Shown here: positions 1 through 12,000 of the stretch, piece by piece | How the letters are laid out: every line of letters starts with the position of its first letter | Numbering within the stretch: the stretch's first letter is position 1 | Assembly: GCA_048013815.1 (NCBI GenBank) | Contig: CM106585.1 | Location: 2,852,001 to 2,916,000, forward strand | Origin: Setoptus koraiensis | Taxonomy: Eukaryota; Animalia; Arthropoda | DNA length: 64,000 bases | Reading direction: 5' to 3' | The notes under the pieces: model-generated | Databases searched by the model: none | Told to the model about the DNA's origin: nothing | Seen by the model: only the letters and a program-made list of their open reading frames with translations | Made by a program: the position numbers and the translations under genes

Positions 1-612
1 TTGAGGAATGTTCAAGTTGATAGATTTCAATATAGGTATAAATGAGCATTTTTTTGAGCATATCATTAGATCATTGACTAAACTTTGTTTCCTTGAAATA
101 CTATAGCAAACGTTTTCAAAGATTACTGCTTGACAAAATTGATATTTGAGCGCAACAATTGCATGTGTTGGATGAGCTTCACTATGCTCCGCTTCTCTTT
201 GTTTATTTGCAATATAATCAATTTGACTAGTATGATTAGTTTCAGGTAACGTATAGTTGCTGAGCTTTTTAAGAACGCCACTAACAGGCTTGCTTGGTCC
301 GTATCCATCATTTGTATCAACGAATCCCTGATTGGAGAAAGCGTATTTTTCGTTGTTGTGCGATTTACTGCAACTTTTTGTTTTAATTTTATCATTTGTA
401 TTCAGTGGTTTTTTTATGTGGTGAGATGACATGTAATTACGTAACACTGGCGGAGAATCTTCGTTACTTATTGCAGTCTGGAGGTTTTTGCTACACATAT
501 CTTGAGTTTGACAATTTTGATTCACTTCTCTCGTCGTCTTGTGATCTTTTTCAGTGGCCAAATCAACATAGCGCGACTCGTGATGAACTTTAGGACAATA
601 GTTCACTGCCAT
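1..612 (-). CDS. 5' part of a probable ABC transporter with an N-terminal nucleotide-binding domain (ABCH/ABCG-like); truncated by the window edge
   Basis: Manual translation: ATG at 612-610, then 204 codons without a stop to position 1 (MAVNYCPKVHHESRY...QAVIFENVCYSISRKQ...PILKSINLNIPQ). It is missing from the ORF track, probably because no stop lies in the window. The ending resembles the strands preceding Walker A in ABC NBDs; Walker A itself would be outside the window. Confidence 0.5.
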   Translation of the reverse strand, partial: MAVNYCPKVHHESRYVDLATEKDHKTTREVNQNCQTQDMCSKNLQTAISNEDSPPVLRNYMSSHHIKKPLNTNDKIKTKSCSKSHNNEKYAFSNQGFVDTNDGYGPSKPVSGVLKKLSNYTLPETNHTSQIDYIANKQREAEHSEAHPTHAIVALKYQFCQAVIFENVCYSISRKQSLVNDLMICSKKCSFIPILKSINLNIPQ

Positions 613-2944
613 TTTTATTGCGACTCAACCTACCAGCCGTTATCGTCAACAATGATGATACTGACCACTACAGCGGGATAGAATACATTGATCGAAATAG
701 TTTTAATTGTTCGCTGTGAAGATGGACAATGCTGACGCTGTTTATTACTACGAAAACACTCTAAAGAAGATTAAACAATTCATCTCTCTTCCTTGTTGTT
801 AGTGTTTAGTTCAAGATAAGATCGACTATCACTTGTTGCCCTGTTCGTTCGACTTGAATCTGGTTTAATTTGCTGATTTGCTTCGTACGACTTTGATTCT
901 CGGTGAACTCGTTGTTGTTGTTATAAGCAGTAATCTGGCACATTAAGCGAGATGTTTGATTCTAACGGATAGAGACACTAACAAATGGATGAAGCAACGA
1001 AGTGCATGTTGAGCAATCAGTTAATGGCAATGGCAATGATATTCAATTTGAGATTCATTCGATCTGGCTCGTAAGGCTGATAATGAACGAGAGCGACAGA
1101 TTAATCGAGACAAACACCTGAATGATTGATTATGTTGTTGAGCTATCTGTTCATTCAGCACTTTTCCTTCCTTCGATAGATTTTATTATTTTGGATTTAT
1201 TACGTGTTATTTGTTTATTCAATTTTTGAATGTTTACGACTGTCTTTCCTGGGCTAGGTCTAACTAGAATAGCATATCTTCTGCACTGTTCGTTGATGGC
1301 ACAATGAGCATGCAATCAAAGAATTTTCAACTAATCACGATAACATCCACTTTTTGCCTCTAACAATTTATGCCATTACACAATAACAAACTAACCAACT
1401 ATATATGGCACATGGTTCAGTTCAGTAACTTGGACAAGGGACGTTCCTCGTTCGATGAGTCAAATTCTTGTTTGTTTCTTTTCGCTTACTTACTCGTTCA
1501 AGTGTGTGATATCAATCACTGAATATATCCAACTATAAATGAAGAGGAGATTCAAGATAAATCTCTAACCCCTAAAATATCAAGACAGTGACCGCCCTCG
1601 TTCATGCACTCTTTTATCTTTCTTTTCACTACAACTATGAAACTAAGTACAGCCCATGCTTATATCATAATGGTGATTGGTAGTGTTCAAATAACTATAA
1701 TGAGCAACATAAGGAAGTCTGTGCGTTTAACTTTCTTCATTTATGTAACCAGTTTTGCACTCGTATTGGCGATGCTTGGCTTCCTATTTTTTCGATTCAT
1801 TGCAAAGCATTCTTCTGACTTTAACTAACTAAATGTTATACCAGGCCCACAAAATCCATTCTAAAACATAATCAATAATAATAGCTTACACAAGTACAAA
1901 TTGTCATGAAGGAAAGAAAAACCCCTATCGAGAGAAAATGCAGCAAGTCCGAATTGAATATGATAATTCTCAGCCAATATAATGATGTGTATACGTTTCA
2001 ACTAAAACTGGTCACAGCACGCACATGTGATAGAGAGTTTTGTAAAGGATAGTTTATCTTTAGGCAAATGGTGATGATCAAGCCCTTTCAGCTATTACGA
2101 GTTAGTTGGTTAGTTAGTCAGTTAGTTAGTTAGTTAGAGTGTTGCTTAATCTAAATTAAGTATTGCCTTCTCTGCACTCGCGAAAGTTAACTTATTCAAT
2201 TGGTACAATCGGGTTGGGTTCGATACAAGCAACTACTGCTTGACGCCAAGACTTGACTTTCACTTCCAATGTCCGTTAGTTTTCTTTTTGTGTAATCGTC
2301 TGTCAAAGCGAAGAGAAGTTTTTACATTCAGTTCAGACTGAAACTGGTGGTGATTTTTCTTTCTCAAATAGCTGATAGAGATAATGGCAAAAAAAACTAG
2401 TTAGCGTCTCTCTGCTTGCCTAGCAGGCACATAATCCAATCGTGCAGCCTTGAATAAAACGCGCGTTGCTCTTGGCAAAGGTTGCTCGCCGATTTGTCCG
2501 TCTAGCCAGCCTTTCTAGCTCGAAAATGATGAAATGATTCGATAAAATATTCAACCAACAAGGTTATTATCTACAAGTTGGTACGTATATAATGTTCAAC
2601 AAGTTTTTCTTCAATTTGATTACGGAAACTCGAGGTTCGAGTTTCAAAATTGTGACGTGAACACGGGGACGGGAGATGGCTCCCACACCGCGGGGCAAAT
2701 TCACCATGAGAGGATCTCACTTTTTAATTCTATTTTTTATGGGGTCACCATGACTTTATCCGAGAAAGTCTACCCGGCTAGAATCCCAGGAAGAGGAAGT
2801 CTAGAAGAAAACGCTCACTACGAAGTGTTTCCATTTTTTTTTTATTCAATTTTGCCGCCCGAAAAACGTGAAAAAAATGAAAAACGTGAGCATTTTCCGC
2901 ATTCTGACCATACGTTCACGATTAGGTGAACCTTACCAGAGAAG

Positions 2945-3268
2945 ATGTCTAAAATATCTACATTTGAGAAATTCAAGACACTTATTAAGAAATACTGGTT
3001 CGTGGCATTACCGGTGCACGCGGCGACATCAGTCGTTTGGTTTGGAAGTTTCTATGGAGCCACTAAAGCCGGCTTGGATTTTGTGCCCTTACTAGAGAAG
3101 ACACCCATACCGGAAAAGTATATCCAACCGTTGAAAAAAACAGATGTAGGAAACATAGTCATAGCTTTAGCCATGTATAAGTTAATAACCCCCATCAGAT
3201 ATGCTACAACTATAGGAGTGACATCAAAGTCAGTTAAATATATTAGGGCACGAGGATTTATTAAATAA
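2945..3268 (+). CDS. FAM210A: FAM210A-like DUF1279 membrane protein, 107 aa
   Basis: KKYWFVALPVHAATSVVWFGSFY...ALAMYKLITPIRYATTIGVT matches the DUF1279 pattern of FAM210A as I recall it (YGKVLIPVHLITS.VWFG.FY...YALFKIATPARYTVTLGGT). ATG 2945, TAA 3266-3268. Confidence 0.8.
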   Translation: MSKISTFEKFKTLIKKYWFVALPVHAATSVVWFGSFYGATKAGLDFVPLLEKTPIPEKYIQPLKKTDVGNIVIALAMYKLITPIRYATTIGVTSKSVKYIRARGFIK

Positions 3269-3848
3269 TGATTCTGTTGAGTTTTCTTTCAATAACTTTG
3301 TTAAAAAAAACGTTCAGCCTTCGACAGTTCTCTCTACCGTATTCTGTGGTTTCATCAAATGTGAGCACATCCAATGAATTCACTTTCAAACCCTTCTCTT
3401 CCGAATTTCTAAGCGATCCTGACATTGACAACTGTGAATAACTATTTGCCGGCGCTAGATCTATCTTTGTTGCTATTGTTATTATTGGAATATTATGATT
3501 TATAGATGATTCGAGATCCATTGTCAATGAAGATTGCTGAGTTGCTTCATTCAACCACTCATTTAAATTGGTCTTGGATTTTGAATTTGTTGAATCATAG
3601 ACAAGCATGATTCCATGATAATTTGAATAATAAAATGATCTAGCAATCTTGTGATTTATCGAACCTCCAATGTCCCAAAATTCTAGGTAGCAAGTTTCAT
3701 GTATCAATTTAACATCTAAAGAGCATCCAATTGTCCATTGGGGTGAATTTAACACAGTCGAATGACATATCAGGTGTATGAGACTAGATTTACCAACTCC
3801 AGAGTCACCCAAGACTAATATCTTGGCACTGGGTAGGCCATAGTGCAT
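3261..3848 (-). CDS. RABL3: Rab-like protein 3, small GTPase, 195 aa, intronless
   Basis: KILVLGDSGVGKSSL P-loop, WTIGCSLDVK, LEFWDIGGS and HGIMLVYD.TN.KS..NL.EWL are characteristic of RABL3; no C-terminal prenylation cysteine. Confidence 0.9.
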   Translation of the reverse strand: MHYGLPSAKILVLGDSGVGKSSLIHLICHSTVLNSPQWTIGCSLDVKLIHETCYLEFWDIGGSINHKIARSFYYSNYHGIMLVYDSTNSKSKTNLNEWLNEATQQSSLTMDLESSINHNIPIITIATKIDLAPANSYSQLSMSGSLRNSEEKGLKVNSLDVLTFDETTEYGRENCRRLNVFFNKVIERKLNRIII

Positions 3849-5115
3849 TATGATTTGATCCGGATTCCTGATTTAAGATTATCTGTGATTAAAATGATTT
3901 GAATTCTACTATAAACAGTATGTTTATATACCACACAGAAAGAACAGACAACATTTGGTTGGAAATGGAATGATTCACTAGAAACTGCTCTCCATGCAAC
4001 ATATATCAACAATGAACAGTCAGGTAGACACACGAACAAATGTAAGACAGGCTGGCACTCACAAATACATGGTGTACCATTCTAGTTTGCAACGCATACA
4101 GCCGTATAGAGTTGATCACACCTAGAAAGTTCATTGCAGCAACATTTATTTGACTAATAAAGCTCATTTTGTTGCAGACGAACCATTATCTACAACTTGT
4201 CACATCATATTAATACAAAAATATATACTTTTATTATATTATAAGAATATTTTATTTATTTTTTATAAATAAAACATTTAACAAACGCAACAATAGTTAA
4301 TCATTTTTAACAGCATGTCCATAACCAATATCAATTTGTCATATCACATAACGTGAGGTCATCATCAAATGGACTGATCTGGGAATACAACGATAAGAAG
4401 TTCGAGCACTGATGAAACAGCTGGATTTTATCCACTTACTACTTACGATAAGCTGCATAGAGCCTCACGTAGAAACATTTAGAGATTACGACAATATCTC
4501 AGCCAATCAAGACAGTCCATTCTGATGTAAATGGATTCAATGGTTTTAGGATGTCAATGATGAATTAAAAAATATATAAGAATTCTTACGATAAATGTCC
4601 TCGAATATGTTGCGTTCTGCGACGCCCTTATCGTTCAACCGACAATCAGCAAGGTGATATATATTTTACTCAATCTCATTGTCAACCTAACTAGGTTGTC
4701 TATGACTATCAATAATCAACACTTGAAACACAATAATATTCAGGACTATGATATCAAGGAGCCATCATTTATTCATGGGTTAGATTCCAATGGGCATTTT
4801 TAGCCTTCGATATTATTTCAATGAGTATGCTTTAGACTCGACGCATACTATCATCAGTAGTAGCCGACCAACCTAACTGATCGATTATTTATGCTTGATC
4901 AGATCAAAGAAAACATTTTTGTTGTTGTCAGAAGCAATCACTATACGGTCGAAACCTAGAGTTGAAGGTTGTATTTCAAATTTTCTCTATATTTCTAGAC
5001 TATAGCAGCAATCAATTCGTCTTCAATCATAAAAGGAAGCTCATAGAGGGAAAGAAAATTTTGAAGGAACAGCTTATTGATCTTCCGTTTTGCAAAGCTG
5101 TTCTAGACTACACTG

Positions 5116-7725
5116 ATGTTCGACGAATCCAATGAGGAGAAGCCTCCGGCTCCGCCTGTCAGGCTCACATCTACACTACAGTCAAAAAATTACATTAAAA
5201 TAGATCTACGTCCATTACCCAAGACGCCTGAACCAGTACCACAGCCTTCCGACGGCAGTCATAGAAGTAGATTTAATATAATATCTAAATCCTTTAGAAA
5301 TAGTAAGAAAACGATCAATATCGGGAGTAATACTAATAATGAGCAGTCAGAAAAGTCCATCATTTCAGGTCCCACTGATTTCGAACACACTGTGCATGTT
5401 GGTTACGATCCGATCAAGGGTGAATTTACTGGCATGCCAGAATCATGGGCTCGTCTCCTCAAAGAAGCTGATATTACCAAAAGTGAGCAGAAAAAGAACC
5501 CGGAGGCTGTCCTTCATGTTCTAAGATGGTTTGAAAAATCAAATAACTGTGAGAAAGATGGCAAATTCATGAAGATGACGAAAGAGGCTGAAAGCAATTT
5601 CTCAGATCTATCTAACCTCAGCAATATGTCTACGGGTTCACCAAATGTGTCTAATAACTATGACAATCGTTACGTGGGTCCTAGTCCTTCCACTACAACT
5701 ACTTTTGCATCATCCAATTCTTCGCCAACTTTCGTCACCTTTCATCAATCACCTCAAAATCTAAAATATCAGCAAGTCAACGGGGATAACGATAGAACAT
5801 CAGATGGTTCTAATGAATCTTCCGTCCAATCTGTGGTCCAAAACATGAGTGAAACTAATGTCAAAAACAATATATTAAACGGAGACATGACTTCAGCTAG
5901 GTCTGAGAAACAGCAAGTGATGCAAGACTCTCCCGTGTACATTCAAACTCCGTCCCTAAAAGAGGCACTCGATAATCATTATGTAAATGCTCACACTACT
6001 AGAGTTATGCCGCTTCCATCCACGTCTACTTTTCGCCCAAATGCTACAAATAATAAACTTTCCGAACGCATTGCTGATATTGAACTTGGGAATAATGCAA
6101 AGAACAACTTTAAGATGGAGCTCTCTCTTGATGGAACACAATCAGATGCATATAAATCAAATTCTCTAGGTAGCCATAAATTAGTTAAATCAAAATCAGC
6201 TGACGCGGCTAAGCAAAGCGCCTCCAAGAATCAAGCTGACAAGATGGACTCGGGATATGCAAACTCTCCAGCTATATCTCCACCGCAGAATTCATACAAT
6301 CTACCCGCAGAGCCTACTGAAACAACCACATCGGATCCTGCGAGCGATGCCACTTATCTATCACCTAAAGATTCTCCTTCTGGCCCACTCAAGAGCCAGC
6401 ATAAATTCAATTCAAATGTGGTTGGTCGAGGTCCTCCAAGACGATACCTGAACCCTGAGAAAAGCAAAGAAAATCCAATTTTGAATAAATTAATGGCCAT
6501 TGTATCTGAAGGCGATCCGAGAGAGAGGTATACCCCTATGGGTCAAATTGGACAAGGTGCTTCCGGATGCGTGATCACGGCGATTGATCGTGAGACTGAT
6601 ATGATAGTCGCCATAAAGCAGATGAATCTTGATCAACAGCCCAAGAAAGAATTCATATTAAATGAGATTCTGGTCATGAGAGAAAACAGGCACCCTAATT
6701 TAGTCAATTATCTTGATTCTTATCTAATCAAATCAAGAAAGCACAATAAGAGAGAATGGATATTATGGGTCGTGATGGAGTATTTGCATGGTGGTAGTCT
6801 GACAGATATAGTCACCGAAACTCGGATGGAGGAATATCAGATTGCCACTGTCTGTCGAGAGGTTTTGAAAGCATTAGAGTTTTTACATAGTAATCACGTG
6901 ATACATCGAGACATTAAATCAGACAATATTCTTTTAGGTATGGATGGTAGTGTGAAATTGACAGATTTCGGTTTTTGTGCACAAATTGCTGAACAAAATA
7001 AGAGAACTACAATGGTGGGAACGCCATATTGGATGGGTAAGTAATTCAATTGATAGCTTTTATCATCAAAAATAAAAACTGGAAACAATTTTTGTTTTAA
7101 CGTCATATGTTTATATGTTATTCCAGCTCCCGAAGTGGTCAAACCAGAGCGCGCAGATGTTGAAGGTTACGGCCCGAAAGTAGATATATGGTCGTTGGGT
7201 ATAATGGCTATCGAGATGATTGAGGGTGAACCACCTTACTTGGTGAGTAAAGTCTAAGAGGAGGATTGGAAAGTTCAATTCATTTCAAATGAGAAACATT
7301 ATTTATATTTTTTTATAATCTGACCATCTTTTACTTCTTTTCTTAAAATAGAATTTGGCTCCATCCAGGGCTTTATACATCATAGTGACCACCGGGAAAC
7401 CTGAGTTTAAACGGGATTATTTATCCGCTGACTTTCAAAATTTCCTTGATCAATGTTTAGAGGTTGATGTTGAGAGAAGAGGTACAGCTACCAGTTTGCT
7501 TTCGGTAAGTAAATCTATATCGATTCGACAAATTTCAAATATTTTTTCATTGTAAAAATCATCGAAATCTAAATAGGAACGTGACAACTTTTAACCCGAT
7601 GAACATTGTTTGATTCATTCCTCCTTCTCTTTGAGCAGCATCCCTTTATAAAGCTCGCTCAACCAGTGTCAGTTCTATGTCCTCTGATTTTGGCCACCCA
7701 AGAGGCTCAAAGATCATACAGTTAA
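5116..7725 (+). CDS. Pak: Group I p21-activated kinase (PAK1/2/3 type), 758 aa; exons 5116-7036, 7127-7242, 7352-7504, 7639-7725
   Basis: Nck-site [32 protein letters not shown], autoinhibitory [38 protein letters not shown]. Three GT-AG introns (90, 109, 134 nt) join in frame to give YWMAPEVV...[23 protein letters not shown]|NLAPSRALY...LLS|HPFIK...RSYS stop. Confidence 0.95.
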
Positions 7726-8212
7726 TCAATTAGTCACCCGTAAAGAAACCACCAAAAGAATGTGAAACAATCAAAATAATTCCTCCGATTCTAGCACGTT
7801 CTGAGCACATTTGAAGGTTATCTTTTCAATAGCAATATTGGCAGTATCAACTCAATTAGGACTATAAGGATGTATGATTATACATATGCACAGAGATTTT
7901 ATGATTATTTACATTTGTAAATATATGTTTAATATATATTTGGTATCTAATCCTCTTGTTTTGTATCCAAAAATAAAAGATAAGAGTAACTTAATGAATG
8001 AATAAACAAAAGAGACGACAACGAAGTATAGGGTAGTTTCTACGATACCGTCTCACTATCACTTTTGGACTGTGTCCATCTTTCATTGCTAGCTAATAAG
8101 TTGTTGTGCAATCATGCGCTTAAATAACAACAGATAACTGGTATTAGTTTAAGAAAATGAATGGATGAGTTGAAAGAATTGGAGAGAGGAGTCGATGGAT
8201 ATAGAGTGAGTA

Positions 8213-9022
8213 GTTGCCCTGAAAAAAGGCCATCGGCAGGCCAAATGGCTGGCTTCTCCGTCTCATTCTAACTTTAGCGTCTTCATGGCTGCGAACACTT
8301 CAGAAGTATGTGTTCATGCGACTTGAGATGCATGTATAGCAAGAGTAAACAGTCTATGTAGTTAGCTAAATAGTTTTGTATCACTAACTAGAGTGAACTA
8401 AGAGATCCCGATGGAGTTAGCCATCACAGAAACAGAGTTATAATCATTAGTATTACTAATAAATGTACCTTAGGCAATAATCTTGCTCAAAAACAACAAG
8501 AGCAAAGGCTGGCAAACTGAATAACAGGTAACCAGCGTTAGTCGTGGTGTAAATTTTGAGTAGGGAGAAAGGTGAGCCCTGCTTCTAATGGTGGTACTAG
8601 AAGTGGTCGTCTTCGGCGTCTGGTTCACTGAGTGAAGCTGTTGCCCTAAAAAAAGGCCATCGGCTACAAATATTGGCTTGTCTCATGGCGTCCTCATCCC
8701 GATGTCAACTTCGGAGAAGAAATTATGAAGAAGATAAGTCTAGATGTATATCACTACCAAGTGAACTGTGAGTGAGCGAATTCAAACTAAACTAAACCAA
8801 AATTTTCTTTTTCTCTCTCCCTCTTTCTCTCCATCTCTTATTCTTATTCAAACACAAACATTCGGTGAATGATTCACTTTTCATTACTCAATGTGCGACT
8901 AGCTAAAGCATTCATGCACAACAACGGTAACATCATCAGCAACAACAACAACAACAGGATTGGCCAAAGCTTCTAAGAGAGCCTGGTTAAAGTCAGTTAG
9001 TTGCCCTAAAAAGGCCATTGGC
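8213..9022. repeat. Three dispersed copies of GTTGCCCT(G)A5-7GGCCAT(C/T)GGC plus two copies of TATCACTA-N-AGTGAACT
   Basis: Copies at 8213-8237, 8640-8664, 9000-9022; second motif at 8379-8399 and 8749-8767, each downstream of a first-motif copy. Confidence 0.75.
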
Positions 9023-12000
9023 TATTAATAATAGCAAGTAACAACTATTGGCGTCATTTCCAACTCGAATTGTTGTATCTCTCTCCCTTTCCAAACAACA
9101 TATAGTCAACAATTATTTTGTCCATTTGGACTACAACAGACTGAGACGCAACCGCTCTTATTCTAGACAACATTGAAGATGGTAAACATGAAACATGGTT
9201 ATACTAATCTAGTGATGTTGTTCCTTTGGGTTGTGGCAGTGGTGGTATACTGGTTGCCTGTGTTGAGTTCGTCTCCAAGATTACACCAAAAACACACACA
9301 CACAATCAGTCACAGAGCTCCGTGTCAAGGCGAGTGGTGTAGAAAGAAAGAAAGAAGAAATATACGAAGAAGATCTGACGAGGAACACAGGGAATGAAAG
9401 GAATAATCCCTTGCCTAATGGTAATCTATGAGTTTACCTCTTCCCTCTTCCTCCTTCGGATCTACCCAATAGCCTGTTGTTGTTGTTGTTACTCTTGTCC
9501 CCACAGTCATGTTGTCTATTGTTATATCTCAAAACCGCCTCACCTGTTGTTGTTGTTGTTGTTGTCGTTGTTTCTAGTGTGTAACATGAAAACGAATTTC
9601 CTACAGTTGGCCTGTTTCGCCAGTCAGCTCATGATGATCATCATTATGTTGTTAAGCTTGACTTAGTCATTATTGGGTTAATTTAGTGTGCAAACGTCGC
9701 TCAACTATCTTAATGGTTGATAGTCGCAGGAGACTGTTTTATTGACGTCCTTGTCGAATTAAAGGTGCTTGCCTTCACCTGAGATCATCTTGGCCGCTGT
9801 CTCTCTGTATGTCTGTCTCTGTCCCTTATTATCACAGTCTACATTTTCACCGTATTTGTATATACGTGTGACAATCGACATAGATCGCATGAGATATCTT
9901 CTTTTGAGCGGCAGTAGACAACCCCACTTGTAGTGGTAGTGGCAAGTCAAACAAGTTTAGTTTGTAGTTGTCATTTTGAGTTAATTTATAGGTGGTAGTG
10001 CACCTATAGTCTCTCTTTCACTGTCTGACGTTCCCTATTAGCCGAAGTATCTTTTCTGCGCTGGTTTTCCTATTATAAATGGTGATATAACTATTATATT
10101 ATTCATTCTCCCGTTTCGCCCCTCCGATCGTTTCAACTAACATATCTCATCTGACATGCACACTCACACAATCGAGAATAGTCATCGGGTTTAATACCAT
10201 GCAAACGACAAACTGTATGGGTGCATGTGATTGAGCAAAAAACGACAGGTGTACAGCTAGTGAAAACAGTAAAAAATCCAAACTAACAGAGCAAGCCGAC
10301 AAACAAACAAACAAACAACTTTTGACATTGCAACCAACATACTAACACACTCATGCACACCAACACTGTCTAGAGTTGCCTTCTTATATATGTAGATTAC
10401 ACCTTTCATTTTACCTTGCTAAAGTTGAATCTTCTTCTTTATAACATTTCTGTTGTGTCATCGTCATGGTTTCAGAAACTGTCCGATGGAGTTGATAGTG
10501 CATGACAGCAACATTATCACCACTACCACTACTTCAGACACGACAGCCACTGGAAGCAACCGTTTGGCGTGTGCAATTTTTTGTAGTTGAGATGCAAACA
10601 GTAATAGTATCTCGTGGAAAATCAATATGTTGATGATGGTCTAGCACAACAGGTGTATGTTGACAATAATCATTTTATACAGACAGCAACAATAAAATGA
10701 AATATTATAAAACCTATATGATAGGGAGCAGGGAGCGGGAGCTAAAATAGCGAGTCGGAGTAGCTAGTTTTTGTGGCCGATCATGTCTAGCCGTCTTATT
10801 ATGATCGGAGGAGACAAATCCGGGAACGTGAATGAGTTGTCAGTCGGCATACTACGGCGTACGGTGTGTGTTGTGAGTGTGTGTGTATATCTCTTTAATA
10901 TTAATATTAGTGGTGGTAGTGGTATTAATGCATAATCATACTAGGATCATCCGATAGTTTTTGTAAGATCATGTGATGATCATGAAGGCGCTCACACACT
11001 TTTCCATCGGATCACCATCGCCGCCGCTGGCTTGCTACCGCCTTTGACGCCTACCCAACGAATGCCAAATGCCGGCTGTGGCCCTTTCCTATAAGATCTA
11101 CTACATTACAACCACTGCTAACGCCATTATTATAATAGTGGTATTATTACTATGACTATTATTTGCATATAAACATTCAGCAATAATAATAATAATAATA
11201 GCACTGGCTCTCTCTCTCTCTCTCACTTTAAATATTGGTTTAGTGTGATAGACGCATGTGTTAATATACTATCACTATCATCACCGCCACTTGTTGTCTT
11301 GTCAAATCGTCGTGATGGCCATGATTTTAGTAGTTAGTAGTGTCAATTTGACTACTAACTTTAGCTAAACCAGCAACCGCCACCAGTCAATGTTTGTTGG
11401 TCGGAGGTGATAGACCCAATAGAGCGCATAGTGGCTGTTGTTGCCCGAATGAAAGTTTATTTCCTCCAAGAAATGATTTTCGCTTATTCTTCTTTTTCTT
11501 TCTTGCACCAGTGCAATAGGTAAATGTATGCCAGCATCATCATGTTTGGTCTGGTGGTGTACAACTTTTATTTTCTACTTTTCCATTGAGCTCACACTCA
11601 TTCCTGGCATGCCCCTCGTACCATTTACCATTGCTATTAGTATTACTATTGTAATTATGCTCATGGAGCTACCCCAACAAATACCACTTGTTTTCGCGTG
11701 ATTAAATGCTTGTAATAATGGGAACTTTACCATAGTGAGCACGCTTCCATTGATCAAGTACTTGTCGGGTTTAGTTTGCAAATGGGCCAGCCCAGGCCAA
11801 GCTACTAGCACTAGCACTAGCTGGGCTTTGTCCAATATGGCAATTAACCGTCGTAGTACCTAATAGACACATTACCGGCCGGCCCGACCAACAACCGGCA
11901 AGCAATCAACGTTGGCAAGCAAGCGCTCACGTTGGAGTCAATGCAAGAAACTTGCTGGTTCAAGGTGGTTTATCCAAAGATGACGACGATGTAGAAAGTG

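Noticed and set aside
123-593. ORFs 123-395 (-) and 396-593 (+)
   Set aside because: Alternative-frame or antisense shadows of the longer 612-to-edge minus-strand frame.
1604-1828. 74-aa hydrophobic ORF as a small membrane protein
   Set aside because: Short T-rich sequence readily gives hydrophobic ORFs; no recognisable motif.
2098-2138. (TTAG)n run as telomeric repeat
   Set aside because: The arthropod telomere unit is TTAGG; this is an imperfect tetranucleotide microsatellite.
2625-2645. GAAACTCGA-GGT-TCGAGTTTC hairpin containing GGTTCGAG as a tRNA T-arm
   Set aside because: A real 9-bp inverted repeat, but no T-stem closure, D-arm or acceptor stem; no tRNA.
8213-9022. Minus-strand GGCCTTTTTTCAGGGC as histone 3' stem-loops
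   Set aside because: T-run length varies (5-7), the terminal pair is broken, and no histone CDS lies upstream; the SLBP-bound stem-loop has near-invariant geometry.
9780-9802. TGAGATCATCTTGGCCGCTG as a bantam-family miRNA gene
   Set aside because: Seed-identical, but the upstream sequence does not form a pre-miRNA stem and no transcript is evident for it to be a target.
11575-11835. 86-aa minus-strand ORF
   Set aside because: TTG start, no recognisable domain, no convincing splice partners.
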